From assembly GCA_964057225.1 (NCBI GenBank), contig OZ059896.1:14880001-14944000 (forward strand): 64,000 nt of DNA. The letters run 5' to 3'. The notes under the pieces were generated by a model. That model did not search any database. It saw only the letters and a program-made list of their open reading frames with translations, and was not told where the DNA came from. The DNA comes from Auanema rhodensis. Lineage: Eukaryota; Animalia; Nematoda. Of this stretch, positions 13,409 through 26,776 are shown piece after piece (position 1 is the first letter of the stretch; every line of letters begins with the position of its first letter). The position numbers and the translations under genes were made by a program.

Positions 13409-16161
13409 ATGCTTTTCCCTATATTCCTGGTGATACAGCTATCTTCTTTTGCTATCAGTGAATATTATGACGAAGATGGCCTCTGGATACCACCAGATGC
13501 AATTGGCCGACCACCATTACCTATAAGGTACTGCATTTTTACATTGAATCATCGAGTGACCGAGAAAATACATTCTCAGAGCTGTTGATGATGTGGATGT
13601 ACCAGAATCCGAACGTAATAAATGCTATTGTACATATGGCGAAGAAGTTTGTGGATTAAATAAAACTTGTATTAAAGATAGTTTAGCAGCTTGTTTTCAT
13701 GCGATTGAAGAGGTGAATTTGATGAAAAACAGTTCGTCGTTTACATAGAATCGTCGATTTCGCAGGTTTATGAACATCGTGGTTTCGTGACATTACATAA
13801 GTATGGTTGCGCTCCTCTTGAGAAGGGAAGCGGCGCTTCTCATCTAACTGTTAGTATCTGATTATCTTATCAAATTAGCGAAAAATGGCCTTTAATGATG
13901 TTTTAGTGTAATTCCTGGAGATCTGCGCATGTAAAACCAAAAAGCATAGCTTGCTGTTATGAAGGCAATTATTGCAATCTTCGTATTAATCCTCCAGCTT
14001 ATGTTACTCCACTTTCTTCACTTTCAGCAAGTGAGCTATTTACTTAAGATTTTCTTTTTCTTTTCGCCATAGTCTTGTGCTTATCATACCATCATCATGG
14101 GTCGTGTTTGCAGGTCCTCTTCTTGACTTCCTAGAAGACAATCTACTATGGATTATTCCAATTATATTCTTTTCACTTAGTTTCATTTCATTAATATCAC
14201 TATTAGCCTATAGAATATATAAGAAAAGTAAGAATATTATTTGCTCTCTCTTCTTTCAAGTTTTGAACACTTTAAGAAATTGCTTTGAAAAATAATTTCG
14301 ATGGGCTGAATTGTGAAATGGATCCAATATTAATTGACGACTCGGGGTAAGATTCAATACAAAAAAATATTTTGGAATATTAAAAAAAATTTAATTTTTA
14401 AACCCAAAAATAATAATAAAATAAAAATTTAATTTATTAAAATATTTATACATTCTTAAGAAAAATCTGAGAGCACAATTTTATTTTTCAGAAGTGGATC
14501 AGGGCAAACTACACTTAATCAGCGTACTGTAGCTCAAGATTTGGTAATTATCAAAGTTATTGGAAGAGGTAGATATGGAGAAGTGAGAAAAGCCAGCTAT
14601 CGTGGAAATTATGTTGCTGTTAAGGTGAATCATCAAAACCTTTAACTTTAAAAATATTATTAACAATGTTTTTTTAGACTTTTTACACAACTGATGAAGA
14701 ATCATGGAAAAATGAAAAGGATGTCTATCAAACTCATATGTTAAATCATGAAAATATTCTTCGTCAGCGAAATATGAAATTAAGAAATTTTATTATTATT
14801 ATTTTAGAGTTTGTTGCAGCAGACATTTGTAGTGAGGATTCTATTACTCAAATGTTGTTAATTACGGATTATCATGCGCTAGGATCATTATCCGATTACC
14901 TTAGAAGAGAAGAGACTCTCACAGTCGATGAAGCTTTAGCTTTAGCTCATAGTACCATATGTGGAATTGATCATCTTCACAATGGTTTACATGGAACTGG
15001 AAGTGCTCGAAAACCTGAAATTGCTCATCGTGATATAAAATCCAAAAATATTATCGTGAAACGTAAAGGAGTATGCTGCATCGCAGATTTTGGCTTAGCC
15101 GTTAGATAGTAAGTTATATATATAATTTTTTTATTATCAAATAACTTTTGTGTTAGATCTGTATTTTCACTAATCATTTATATTACAGTCAAGGAAAGTT
15201 GATTCCCGAAAAAGTCAATGTCCAAGTTGGAACTAAGCGTTACATGGCGCCTGAGGTATTAAATAAAACTCTTATACCGACCAGTTTTGACCAATTCAAA
15301 ATGGCGGACATCTACTCATTTGCCTTGGTATTATGGGAAATCGCCAGACGGACTGAGGTTTGTAATTTGATTGTCCTTGAACACATGTGCTCATATTTAT
15401 GAAGCGACATCGTGGCGCCAAAAACCTTTTGTGAAAAAAGCCGATTTTCCCTATTTTATGATCATTGAAGTAGATTTATTTTAGTGGCAGACATGCGAAG
15501 AAACACAGGTGGCACAACGTGGAGCTGGATATCAGGCTGCTGCACAATCAGATTCTAGCGGCATTGGTGAATCGTTGGAAGACGCGTCATCGCCCCGCAT
15601 CCAGCATATGCAGAAGCCTAGTCTAGATATGGTGAAGCTAATTATCAATGAAAAATAAAACATAAATTGTTCAGACAACAAAAGCTTTGCCCTATGTTCC
15701 ACCTTTTGAAGGAATGGTTCCAAGTGATCCTTCGTTTGAAGAAATGCGTGTTGTCGTATCGGAGAAAGGTCTTCGGCCACCTCTTGATGAAAATTGGACT
15801 AAAGGGAAAAATGTGAGAAAAACAAAAAGTTTTCTTGAAACAAGCTCTATTTCACGCGTTGTTCTCTGGGTGAAAAAATAGTTTTATTATAGATTTCAAT
15901 GTATATACTAAAAGTCCTCATGCAAGAGTGCTGGCACATGAATGCTCATCGACGTCATACAGCCTTGAAGATAAAGCTTCAACTCTCAAAAGCTATTCAA
16001 GAAGTACAAGGTGGAGTAATGGTTAATCAGTTGATATCTTAGAGAAAAAACAAAATGTTTTTTATTTTCAGCACAATCCCAATCAGAATCTTCGATCAGT
16101 TATTGGTTCTCGGTATAAACGAGACACGGTTGATAGTGGCTTCAAGGAGAATGCTTCATAG
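13409..16161 (+). CDS. sma-6: TGF-beta/BMP type I receptor Ser/Thr kinase, SMA-6-like, multi-exon
   Basis: Signal peptide [17 protein letters not shown]. Cys-rich ectodomain [12 protein letters not shown]...[26 protein letters not shown]...CCYEGNYCN, matching my recollection of C. elegans SMA-6. TM helix at ~14145-14215, GS box [37 protein letters not shown]. The last exon and stop are approximate. Confidence 0.9.
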
Positions 16162-17032
16162 CTTGCCTCCATCCTTTTTTTGTTACAGAAAACGACATCT
16201 ATTGCAGATGACAAGGCTGCCATCAGAAAAAAAACATCCTTGTCTCGTCTTAATTCTTTTGAGCCAATTTGCCTATTTTTATTCCGTTTTGTATATAATA
16301 CCGTTGTATACTTCTTTTGAATTTTTAGTATTCAGCATTTTCAAAATATGTTCTCTTAAAATTCTTTCTTGAGCAAAATATTTGGACATACACACTCAAT
16401 TGTCTTTTCCGTGAACTCATTAATTATATTGTGATATGCCAGAGAGAAACCAATAAATTTGTTTTGTAAAACTGATAAGATTTATTATAAAAATCAGAAA
16501 AAAATATTTGTAAAAGAACCCGTATACATGAGGAAAACTGAAAAAAAAGAAAAACTAGGCAGGGGCAAAATGTAAAAATATATAGAAATATTGAAACCCG
16601 TGAAACCACTGTTGGAGGAGATCCACTAGAAAGTTGTAGTTTTTCTTATAAAAATGTGAATAAAACAATGATAGATAGGGTGGACGAATAAATAAGAAGG
16701 AAAAGTTTTTAAGATATTAAATGGATGACATGGGTATGATGAAGGAGATAAACAAATGGTCAACCAAAACTATACATGATGAAGCTTTGCTTAATCATGT
16801 CTTTTATGTATTTAATTGTAATAATATCATTATATATTATAAAGATATTTTGCTTCTTTTTTTTTTTGAAAAAAAAATTAACTAACATATTCGAATTTCG
16901 ATATCATGTTTGATGTATCATTCCCGCTTTACAGGGTTGAAAAGACAAAAATGAATATTTGTATTATGTAATTTTTTTTGATTGTAATTGACGAAATATC
17001 ATCTTCGTTGTTTTCAGTTGTTCCAAAAATAA

Positions 17033-19357
17033 TTAGCAGACAGCGATTGTACTATGTCTTTTTGCGTAATTTCTTGTTAACAAGGGAGATTGTGGATCAT
17101 CTTTCTCATGAACAGTGAGAAGAAGAGAAATCCATGGATTGTCTAATCGCTCACTTCGACGACGTGATAACTGTTCGGGATCCTGAAAATATTTCATAAA
17201 TATAAGAAAAAAAAGACAGTTATTCTAGTTAAATAAGCCTGTTATCTCTGAATTAGTTAAAATACTTGAAAATGCTGGTTATTTTCTTAAATGCTACACA
17301 TCAAAAGAAATTTTTAGATTATTGAAGTTCGCACAAGTATTTCTCAGCAAGGCGGAAGTTACTGCTTGTCAATCAAGCTAACTTTTATCGAAAATTGTTG
17401 TCAGTATGTTTAACCTCCCACCCTATAAGGTTAAATGGCACGAGGAAATTGACAAGACGAACCTTTCAGAATTAACAAAATTTGAATTTCATGAAAAATG
17501 CTCCAAATATGCTGAACAGAAGTTTCAAGTTGTTTAATGAGAAACAAAGTAATCGGTTTGTGCATTTTTTTAAAGTAAATTTGATTCGTTAATTCAATGA
17601 TTCATGCATTTCTATTATATTCTGGTAAGCATCGTTCAATTGAAATGCTTGAGGGGGTTATATTTTCAATTGTTGATGTTTAATCCTTGCTAGCATTAAA
17701 ACTGAAAACTGAAAACTATGAAAAGGTTTAAGCTTTAAACTCAAATAAATCGGTTACTATAATTTTATTTGTTATTTCCAATAGAATGATCAGCAATATC
17801 GGAAGTCTGATACAAGGGTGGACCGTTTAAAATGCATACGAGTCTGTGAACATTAGCTCAAGAGTTTTTACTTTTGCTACTTTTTTCTTATGTTCTACTT
17901 CAACATATCCTTTTATTCGGCAAAAAAATTTTTTCTAGGAAGTAATTTTGCTTAGTTTATTATGAAATAATAAATTTTTAATATTAGTATATGTAAAATG
18001 AAGCTCACAAGTGCAACATGCGTTAAGGCGGCAACTTTTGGCTCCTTGACCTCTGGACACAACAAGAGATAGAATTGCTGTCGAATTTCTGAATTCGATA
18101 AGAAGTGCGCTGGACAACGAATCACATTTCCAATGACAGTTAGAACAGAAGCTGTGTCATTGGCTAAGAGATTAAAATCCGGATGGCTGACATGTAAAAA
18201 ATCTGAAAACACTTTGATAACAATAATACATTCTTTTTCATTTATGAAAGCAACAGGTTTAGTGTGAATATGATTGATGGCTTTTATATTTCCTGCTAAT
18301 TATTTTCTGGACACTCCTATTAATAATACATCAAAATCAAACGTTAAACATGACATGTAAAGTTTGTGTGTGAAAAATCACACGTGAATGTCACGTGTTA
18401 GGTTTTGCGTGAAGACCACGTGAAACATTTATTTTGTTGTGTAATGATGGTGAGGACGGTTGAACGATTATAAAATTTTCATCTTTAATAATTTTATAAT
18501 CGCTTTCAAAAAGATGCTACTCGAAAAGTTAAATTCTCATTTAAATAAATTAAGAATTTAAGAATTGCCATAGGCAATAGCTAAACATCATCATGCTCTT
18601 CTATTATCATAAACTTTAGTTCTCAGATTTCTGAATAAAAACTCAATATTATAAATAGAAGTTTTTAGAAATTTACAACAACTTCAGAGGGATTTTGAAA
18701 TAAAAAGATTTTTTCTGAAGGTTATATTTAGTTTTAACTTTTTTTTTCGTTCGAAATTCTACAAAATGAAAACAAAAACAGCAGATTGTCGGTAAAATCT
18801 TTGCATTTGGCATGCTTTCAAAGATAATCTGATGCTTCGTTTATTTGCAAAAACATAAAAAGTTCTAGTTCAACTTATGCATATCTATTAAAATGAATAA
18901 AATGGAAAAAAATGAAAAAAAACAGCTGTTAAGAGGATTGTGAAGCAGGAAGATATTAGCCAAAACAATCTTCTGAGAATAAATAAAATAGAAAGTTAAC
19001 TTACCAGCATCGAAATATTCTATAATAGTTAGAATTAGATATAGAAGATTAGATATAAGATAGGCACTAATGATCACAATCAGTGTTCTGGTTGCTGAAC
19101 GAAGATTTCGTCGTCGCATCTTCATTACATCATGTCCCATGGTGAATTCGGTGATAAGTGATCGTAGTTGCTGCAAATACAAACATAAATATGCTTATTG
19201 ATACATTAGAATATGCTTATATCTATAAAGCATAACTCAAAAACTTGAACATTGAGTCACTTCCAACTCCTATTTGATAAATACACGTATGCAAATATGA
19301 TGTCTTTTATTATAATATGTTGTTTCATATTTTAAATTAAATTATCCATCATATCTA

Positions 19358-19396
<39 letters not shown>

Positions 19397-22300
19397 TGTT
19401 ACATTTTGGAAAAAAATGTTCAAGAACCAAGTTTCTTTTCTTCTTTTCTCATTAACTTTTATAATATTGCAATAAAAAAACAAGGAGGACATGCGAGATA
19501 TTTTTATTGAACACCTGACAATCACCCCCTTTATTTTTTAAAAAATATTATCTCACAAAATGATGAAAAACATAAGATATATATGAATTGAAGTTTGTCT
19601 TATATTCAATCAAAGAAAATATTTTTATAGAAACAAATGATTATCATTAGACCATAAATGGCCATTTCTCATTTTTCCCGGAAATGAATAAAATATTTTC
19701 AGTTGGCGAGATAATTAAATCTTGAACATACATACATATATGTATATATCTTTTTTTTTAAAATGAAATAAGATATTTTATTACATTCCATTCCCTTTTT
19801 TTTGCCAATTTCTTATCTTTTTTTATATGTCTAGCTTTATGTTTCATTTTAAGAGGAATAACTTAAATAATGTATATTTTATTCAAACGACACATCAAGG
19901 TATCATTCTCCATTCACAGTAAATCAGAAAAACTTCCATGCCCTTGGGAGTCAAAACACGACACAACCCGAAGAAAATGCCTTCTCTGTTGGCTTATTCA
20001 TATGGCTTCCATTCATTCTTCTCTCTTTTTCCTTCTCTCTTTCTCTCTTTTACTTTCTCAGCAAGTTGACGTGGTAAAATGATAAAATAAAGAGTTAATG
20101 ACAACTTTGAGGCAAAGATGTCTGATGTGTCAAAACCTTGCGAAGTATTTGAGTTTGAAGCATGTGAAGGCGAAATTAATCTCTTAGCTAATGTCCGAAC
20201 TACTATATATGAATTGTTTAGTAGAGACATTGTAGTAAGTGAATCCTTTAATCTCTTTGACCTTATATAGATCTATGACTCTCAACCTGCATGATTGACT
20301 GATGTATAAGCCTATGATTAAGCTTTAACGACAAAGGAAAAAAAACGAGACTTCAGAATAATAACAAACCTGCACATGCTGATGTCGAAGCATAAGGACA
20401 ATTCCTCCATTAAGAAAAATTAATGTGAAGAAAGGCACAAATATGGCTATTGTATTGATAAGACCAAAGTGATAAAATCGAGCTCGTTGGGTTCCAATAC
20501 GATATCGCCGGAATCCCCAGCATTGAGGTCTCTCCTCAATCATCACGTCCTGGAACAAACACAGATGAAATGCATACCGACCGAAATTTTGAGTTTTTAG
20601 TGCTTTTTTCTATTTGATCTTTTAAATAACAATCCAATCTATTAAATTAAAGTGAATGAACTAACAAAAGTTAAATTCTTTATAACTATTGCCAAGCCGA
20701 TGAGAACGACTAGCATCATCCATCGTGTTCGTCTCTCGAACCCTGTGAAGGTCCAATGTTTTGTCATACAGTATCTGAAAATTAGATTATTTAGTTAATA
20801 CTTTTCTTATATTATTTTCTTTCAATAAAATAATTTTTTTCTTTTTCATTTTAGGAAAAGAAAACGATTTTCTGTATCCATGTAAGCTCACAAAGCATCG
20901 TTTCGTCTCAATATGAATGACACTTATGTCATTCAAGGAAGTTGTTACACACAATTTTTCTTACTGAATAGGAAGAAACATTGGCTGATTTGCATTAAAC
21001 GACAAAAACTATGAAGCTTAACTATTATTTTGACTTATCTCCCTCATTATTCTTGAAAAATATTCTTGTTTCTTTTCCTCAGGTATATTCTAATTATATT
21101 TAATCTTTAAACAATCTTTCTATGAAAATAAAATAAAATAATTTCTTTAAGAGATAAATAGTAGAGTTTAAAAATAAAAAAGAGGAATGATGTTGCAAAA
21201 AGGTAGCAAAGCAAGGAAGACAGATGGAAACGGGAAGCAAATATTCTGTGAAGAATACGAGAGATGTGCAACTGACGGATGGAAGAGCTTCATGTGATGC
21301 TGACTGAACAATTCTAATTACAAATTGATTCTTTACCTTTGTTTTTCTTATACTAAACATTATGCTTGTAAATGGGCATATGACTTATCAACAAGAATAT
21401 AGGCAATTCTCCTGGGGAGATAGAAGTCAAGTAGCTTGAGAACGATGATATCTGGAGCCTTTCGTATCCTTCTTCCCTCTATAAGGTTATTTCTTTTTTC
21501 TCCTGCACATAGGGATTAGTAAAAAGAGACGCTGAATGATAGATGACGAAGAAAGATTGTAATAGACTACTTGGGCTGATCAACATAAAAAGAAGAAGAA
21601 GAAGCTGGAGAAGTAGTAGTGGCAGCATTCACTACGAAGTAGGATTTCAGAAGAGGCTGAGAAGAAAGTAGGATAGAGGCTGTTTGATTACATCGTATGA
21701 TGACCTCAATTCAGAAGTGTATAAGCAATAGCTTTCGCATTTTCCCGTCTTCGCTGTACACGTTGAATCTAGAGGATAATGGCAACGAATGCATATCTGC
21801 AACATCCTGCACACGCAGCTGATGTCGTCATCATGATCCTTCTCATCATCGGCTCTTGGTCAAGATGTTAATTGTGCGGAAACGATCATAAGCACACAAA
21901 GATCAGCCGGAACAAGGATAAAGAAAATTGATTTTCGTTCAAGTCAAGAATGCGCCGAAGTTTCGAATAACAAACCTTTCAATGCTAGCCATTATAAGGC
22001 AGAATACAGATGACATTTTGAAAATTTGTCCAAAAAGATGAAGCAATGGCATGTAGTTGAGCCATGCTAACCATAATGGCAGATGGTTATAGAATTCAGC
22101 AGTCACGGGCAAACTCTGAAAATGAAGAAGCAAGTTAATCGTTTTCTAATTCTTTCTTTCTTTTTTTATTTATCTGTTTGTTTATTTTTTTCTTTTTTTT
22201 TCCCATTAATTTCCCATCCTTCTCAGTTGTTTTTTTGAAAACGTTAGAAGAAATCTACTACTATATGATATAGTTAGAGCATTCTAATGAACATCTGGCA

Positions 22301-24601
22301 TACTATTAGTATAGCTGTTCATCCGACTAATATGCTTGAATTCGTGTTGGATTTTATTCAAACATTTACAGGTAGTTGTCTGCATATCTTTCAATTTCTC
22401 TTCTTTTTAAAAGCTGCTATCTCTATCTCTCCTCATCTAATCTTCTCCTCTTACAGAATCATTCATTAGCAACCTCTTTTGAGTGCATCTCTCTCTATGG
22501 CTCTAATTTGAAAAAAAATTGAAAACTATTAATAATTAAAAGTTCGAAATGACTATAAGAGTGGTGAATTTTCAAATATGACATGTTATTGTTTGCGCTT
22601 GAATGGAAGCTCAAAAAAGGCTGAAAAGAGAGGGATCTCAAATAGTTAGACGAGAAAGAACAATAGTTCAAAGTATACAGCATTGCCGAGTGCGACGCAC
22701 GGAAACAAGGGGTGGATTCTTGAGAAAGATTACACAGATGTAGGTTATAACATGAACATCATGGAAAAAATCTTCTCTCAATTTCCTTCCCGGAAAGACA
22801 TAGCTTACATACAAATTTGGCTTAATATTTCACAATGAGATCTGATGTTCTTCTGTTTACACAGTTCGTTTTTCATTTTTTTTCTCTTGTTCATAATTAG
22901 ATTGGGAAATGAACTTTTACACTTAAATCAAATAGATAATACATGTAAATATATTTTCAAAAGAATCTTAAAAATCTTCTCAAAATGCTATAAATTATCT
23001 GAGTTTCTGTGAAATTTTTAACCACACCATGTTGTTTGATGTAATATTATGACTAACGCATTTAGGCCGTATATACTACTGGAATATTCATTTCATTCAA
23101 CTCTAAAACTTAAATTATTGTTCACTTCGATTCCTATATTTCAACAAAAGTGGGAGAAAATCAGTTAAAAATTGAAAAAAAATAAAAAGACGATATACTT
23201 TAAGCTTTGATTGCATGAACATTTCCATTTCATTAGCAGATACATAAGGCTGTAAACAGATTTAAACGCTTTTATTTCTATCTTGACAGCCTTCCCCCCT
23301 ACATTATCTTCTCAGCATTCTACCAGTGTATGATGTTTCTCTCTTTCCCTTGCTCTTCCCCTCTCTCCCCTATTCACTACATTCTCTCTCTCTCTCTCTC
23401 TCTCTCGCTCTCTTCTCCTCCATATACACGTATTTCATACTCTATTCCTAAAAAAGGTTAGACACATATGCTCGTATCTCTAATATAGATAAATAATTTT
23501 TTTAACTGGCATGCTCTAACGCTCGTCGGTATCTCATCACTTGTCTGGACAAATCAAAGTCAGCTGTAGTATATATGAAGAATGCTGACGATGAAGTGAC
23601 ACACAGTTTTTCGTAGAAAACCTTAGAAACATGAAGCAGCTAAAGCTGTTTATATTGAAATTTAATTTTTAATACAGGTAAATAAGAATATAGGATAGTA
23701 TGCTCAACCGATCTTTCATTTTCTCATAAACAGAATGAGTTGAGTGAGCACGTAAAATCTCTGATGGCTGTATGCTAATGAAGCAAAGATCTTACGTGAA
23801 GCGAAAAATAAAAAAAAACTTACTAGAAGTAGAATATATGTGGCATCAAGTAATGTATCAAACAGCGCAACAAACCCCAGAAAGAAGAAAGGTGAATGTC
23901 TGGAAAAACGGAAAACTTCTTGGATATGAAATTGAGAGAGCAAAAGAGGATCGTTGTGGTTGTCGTTATGCAGCTCTTAATTTAATTTGAATTTGCAAAA
24001 AAAAACTGAAATTGGCGATTTTTTGGTTTTGTTTATGAGTTTCTTGTGGAATTTGAATATATTTCTAATCGTTTTATTATTTCATTTAATTTGAAAGCAA
24101 AAGAAAGAGAAAGAGACGAAGAGAAGGAGAGATAGAGAGAAAATCCTGTGTGGTAGATGTCAAGTAAATATTAAAAGAAATCTCGACTTTCCCTCGTTCT
24201 CTCTCTATATCTTTCTTTATCTCTGCGAGACGCATGCGTGTGTTAAAGCACGAGCACATGCAGGTAACAACAACAGCAATAAATTTAGAAAAAAGAGAAG
24301 AAAACATAATAAGAAAATATTTATACTTATTATGAATTTGAAAATAAAAATGAAGAAAATAGTCATTAATCTTCGAAATGAACGTTAAAAACGAGATTCG
24401 GACTTCAGACAAAGATAATTTTGTAATAAGGAAGAAAAGAAAATTAAATTAAATTCACCTGAATTGAGCTCGAGTTAAGAATAAAGTTGTTAGTAAAGCA
24501 TTGGCTATAACACCAAATAATGCAAGACCGGACCCAAAGACGCCAAGAAGAAGATATCGATGAGATAAGAGACGATCCTCAGGTGAGGGCAAGCATTCCA
24601 T
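17033..24601 (-). CDS. Rhodopsin-like (class A) 7TM GPCR, nematode neuropeptide/chemoreceptor type, 8 recognisable exons with long introns
   Basis: Exons: MECLPSPED...GLALFGVIANALL (24460-24601); HSPFFFLGFVALFD (~23830-23900); LIMASIER|YC (DRY-like, ~21976 and ~20775); FVPFFTLIFLNGGIV (~20370-20550); RSATRTLIVIISAYLISN (~19005-19173); GNVIRCPAHFLSNSEIR (~18030-18200); last exon ending STIAVC* at 17033. Confidence 0.85.
19361..19392. repeat. (GA)n microsatellite in a GPCR intron
   Basis: Uninterrupted GA run. Confidence 0.95.
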
Positions 24602-26629
24602 TTTGGCCTAAATATTGAAAGAAATTAAAAAAAAACATAAAAAAATATATAAAAAAGAAGATCAAGAAATAAGAAGTAAGAATTTCAAAGAGAGCATGGC
24701 AATGGGGAGGGGGACATCGAACTGAGTGAGGGCGGAGTGAAAGCGACGTGCTCCTCCCCTCTCCAGGCTTACGGCTGTAGATCAGTTAACTCGGCTTGCT
24801 CTTTTTTTCTAGTCATACTCTTTCCCATTTTTCACTTTTACGTTCAAAATATTTAGCTAAATATTAAAGGAGTTAAAAGAAAAAAGAGAGTTTAAAGTCA
24901 TATATGTATGACTTAATGAAATGGCTTAGGAAAAAAAGAAGTGAAACATGCTATAACTTTAAGTTCTTTGAACATTTAGATTTGTGACGCTTGTATGAAA
25001 AAATTAAATTTTAATATGAAAAGGTAAATTTCTAGTGGAAAAAATGATGAAATCATAGACTTATTCTAAAATTTCGCACATCATCATCTACATCTATATC
25101 CTTCAGCTTCATCTCAAAAGAAATGTATTCTAATTTTTGTTAAATATAACGTTTTGTCTTTGAAATAAACACAAAACACATAGATGAATATGTATTTATT
25201 ATATTTGGAAAAGACATGGAGATAGTGTAGCGAAAGATAGAGAGGAAGAGAGAGAGACATAAAGAGAGGAAGAGAGAGAGAGAGAAAGAGAGAGAATACT
25301 ATATCACTTATAAAATGATGAAAGAAGCATCAAATATGAATACTTTAAATATTTTTTAAAAAGTCGTTCATGGAGTCATTGTCTTTGAAAAAAAAGACAA
25401 ATAGGAACATATAGATCCGGGAGGGATAAAAGCTTAATGAGACATAATTATCTCGTACTGCATATACTCATAATCGACGATCATGCAATATAACATGGAG
25501 AAGGACACTATGATGAGCACAGCAAGAAGAACATCTCATTGTATGTTAGTTTACCAAGCTTTAAAGCTGTTTAGAGTTTAACAGACGTAAATGGAAATAA
25601 ATCAGACTGCTATGCATCTATCTATGAACATATTGGAAAATTGCTCATGTGACATATACATACACACGTTTATACGTACACAGCAGACACTTCAAGTCTT
25701 ATGGTCAACTTGAACTTTTTCTTCTCTCAAAAAGCCTTGGATTGAGATGTAGAAAGAGAGGAATGTTTTATATGTTTTATAAGGAAATGCCTGTTGAGGA
25801 TCATATGCAACCAAGAATTCTACAGTTTTTCAAGAGCATACATATATTTATGAATATACACAACTCTTTTTGGATATAGAAAGGAAAGGAAAGAAAAGTA
25901 AAAACTAGAGAGAGAGAGGTGTTGTAAAGAAAGACGGAAACTGATTTCTCAAAAGGTAAAAACAATGAATTAATGAATTAAGTTTTGGAAAAATAATAAA
26001 AATTGCATTGTTTAATCAGTTGAAGGCTTCAGATGAAGGAAACGTGGCCAACCGTGTGTGTAAGCATGCGTCGAGTTGGGTGGCAGAAACGATTTGAAAA
26101 ATGGAAGATTGAAAGAACGGATATATCCGTTCGAAATTGGGTGAGGAAATCCGGAATTTAACTATATGTATGTAATAGCAACATTATAATAGAAGAAATA
26201 CTCTCATATACATATAGGTAGCTAAAGAAAGCTGCAAAAAATTAAAACTTTGGTCTTCCGTGATGTTGCTAATGGTTGTTAGAGGAGAGTTCAAATCATT
26301 TTTGGTCTGGTTGAAAGTTCAGAACGTGTTATGAACCCTGCTTGCAACTTTCAAAGAAGGAAAAAAAGTTAAAAAAAGTTTTTAACTTTAAAGAGTAAAG
26401 CAAGGTTAACAAAGTAATAACAATAATAATAATTGTTTTTATGAAAGTGAAAGAATGGTGAGAAATTGTAACGAAATATTTACATTTTTTTATTTTTCCT
26501 TTTTGTCCTGATTTTCAATCACGACAGGGATTGAAGTTCTCTTGCTTTCCATATATTAAATGAATTTCAGGGTACAAGGCTATGAGAAATAAGAAATGGA
26601 AGGAATAAAGAGAGAATGAAACTCAAAGA

Positions 26630-26776
<147 letters not shown>

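Noticed and set aside
18378-18425. Three CACGTG E-boxes within ~45 bp in a GPCR intron
   Set aside because: Could be a bHLH enhancer, but short motifs alone are insufficient evidence.
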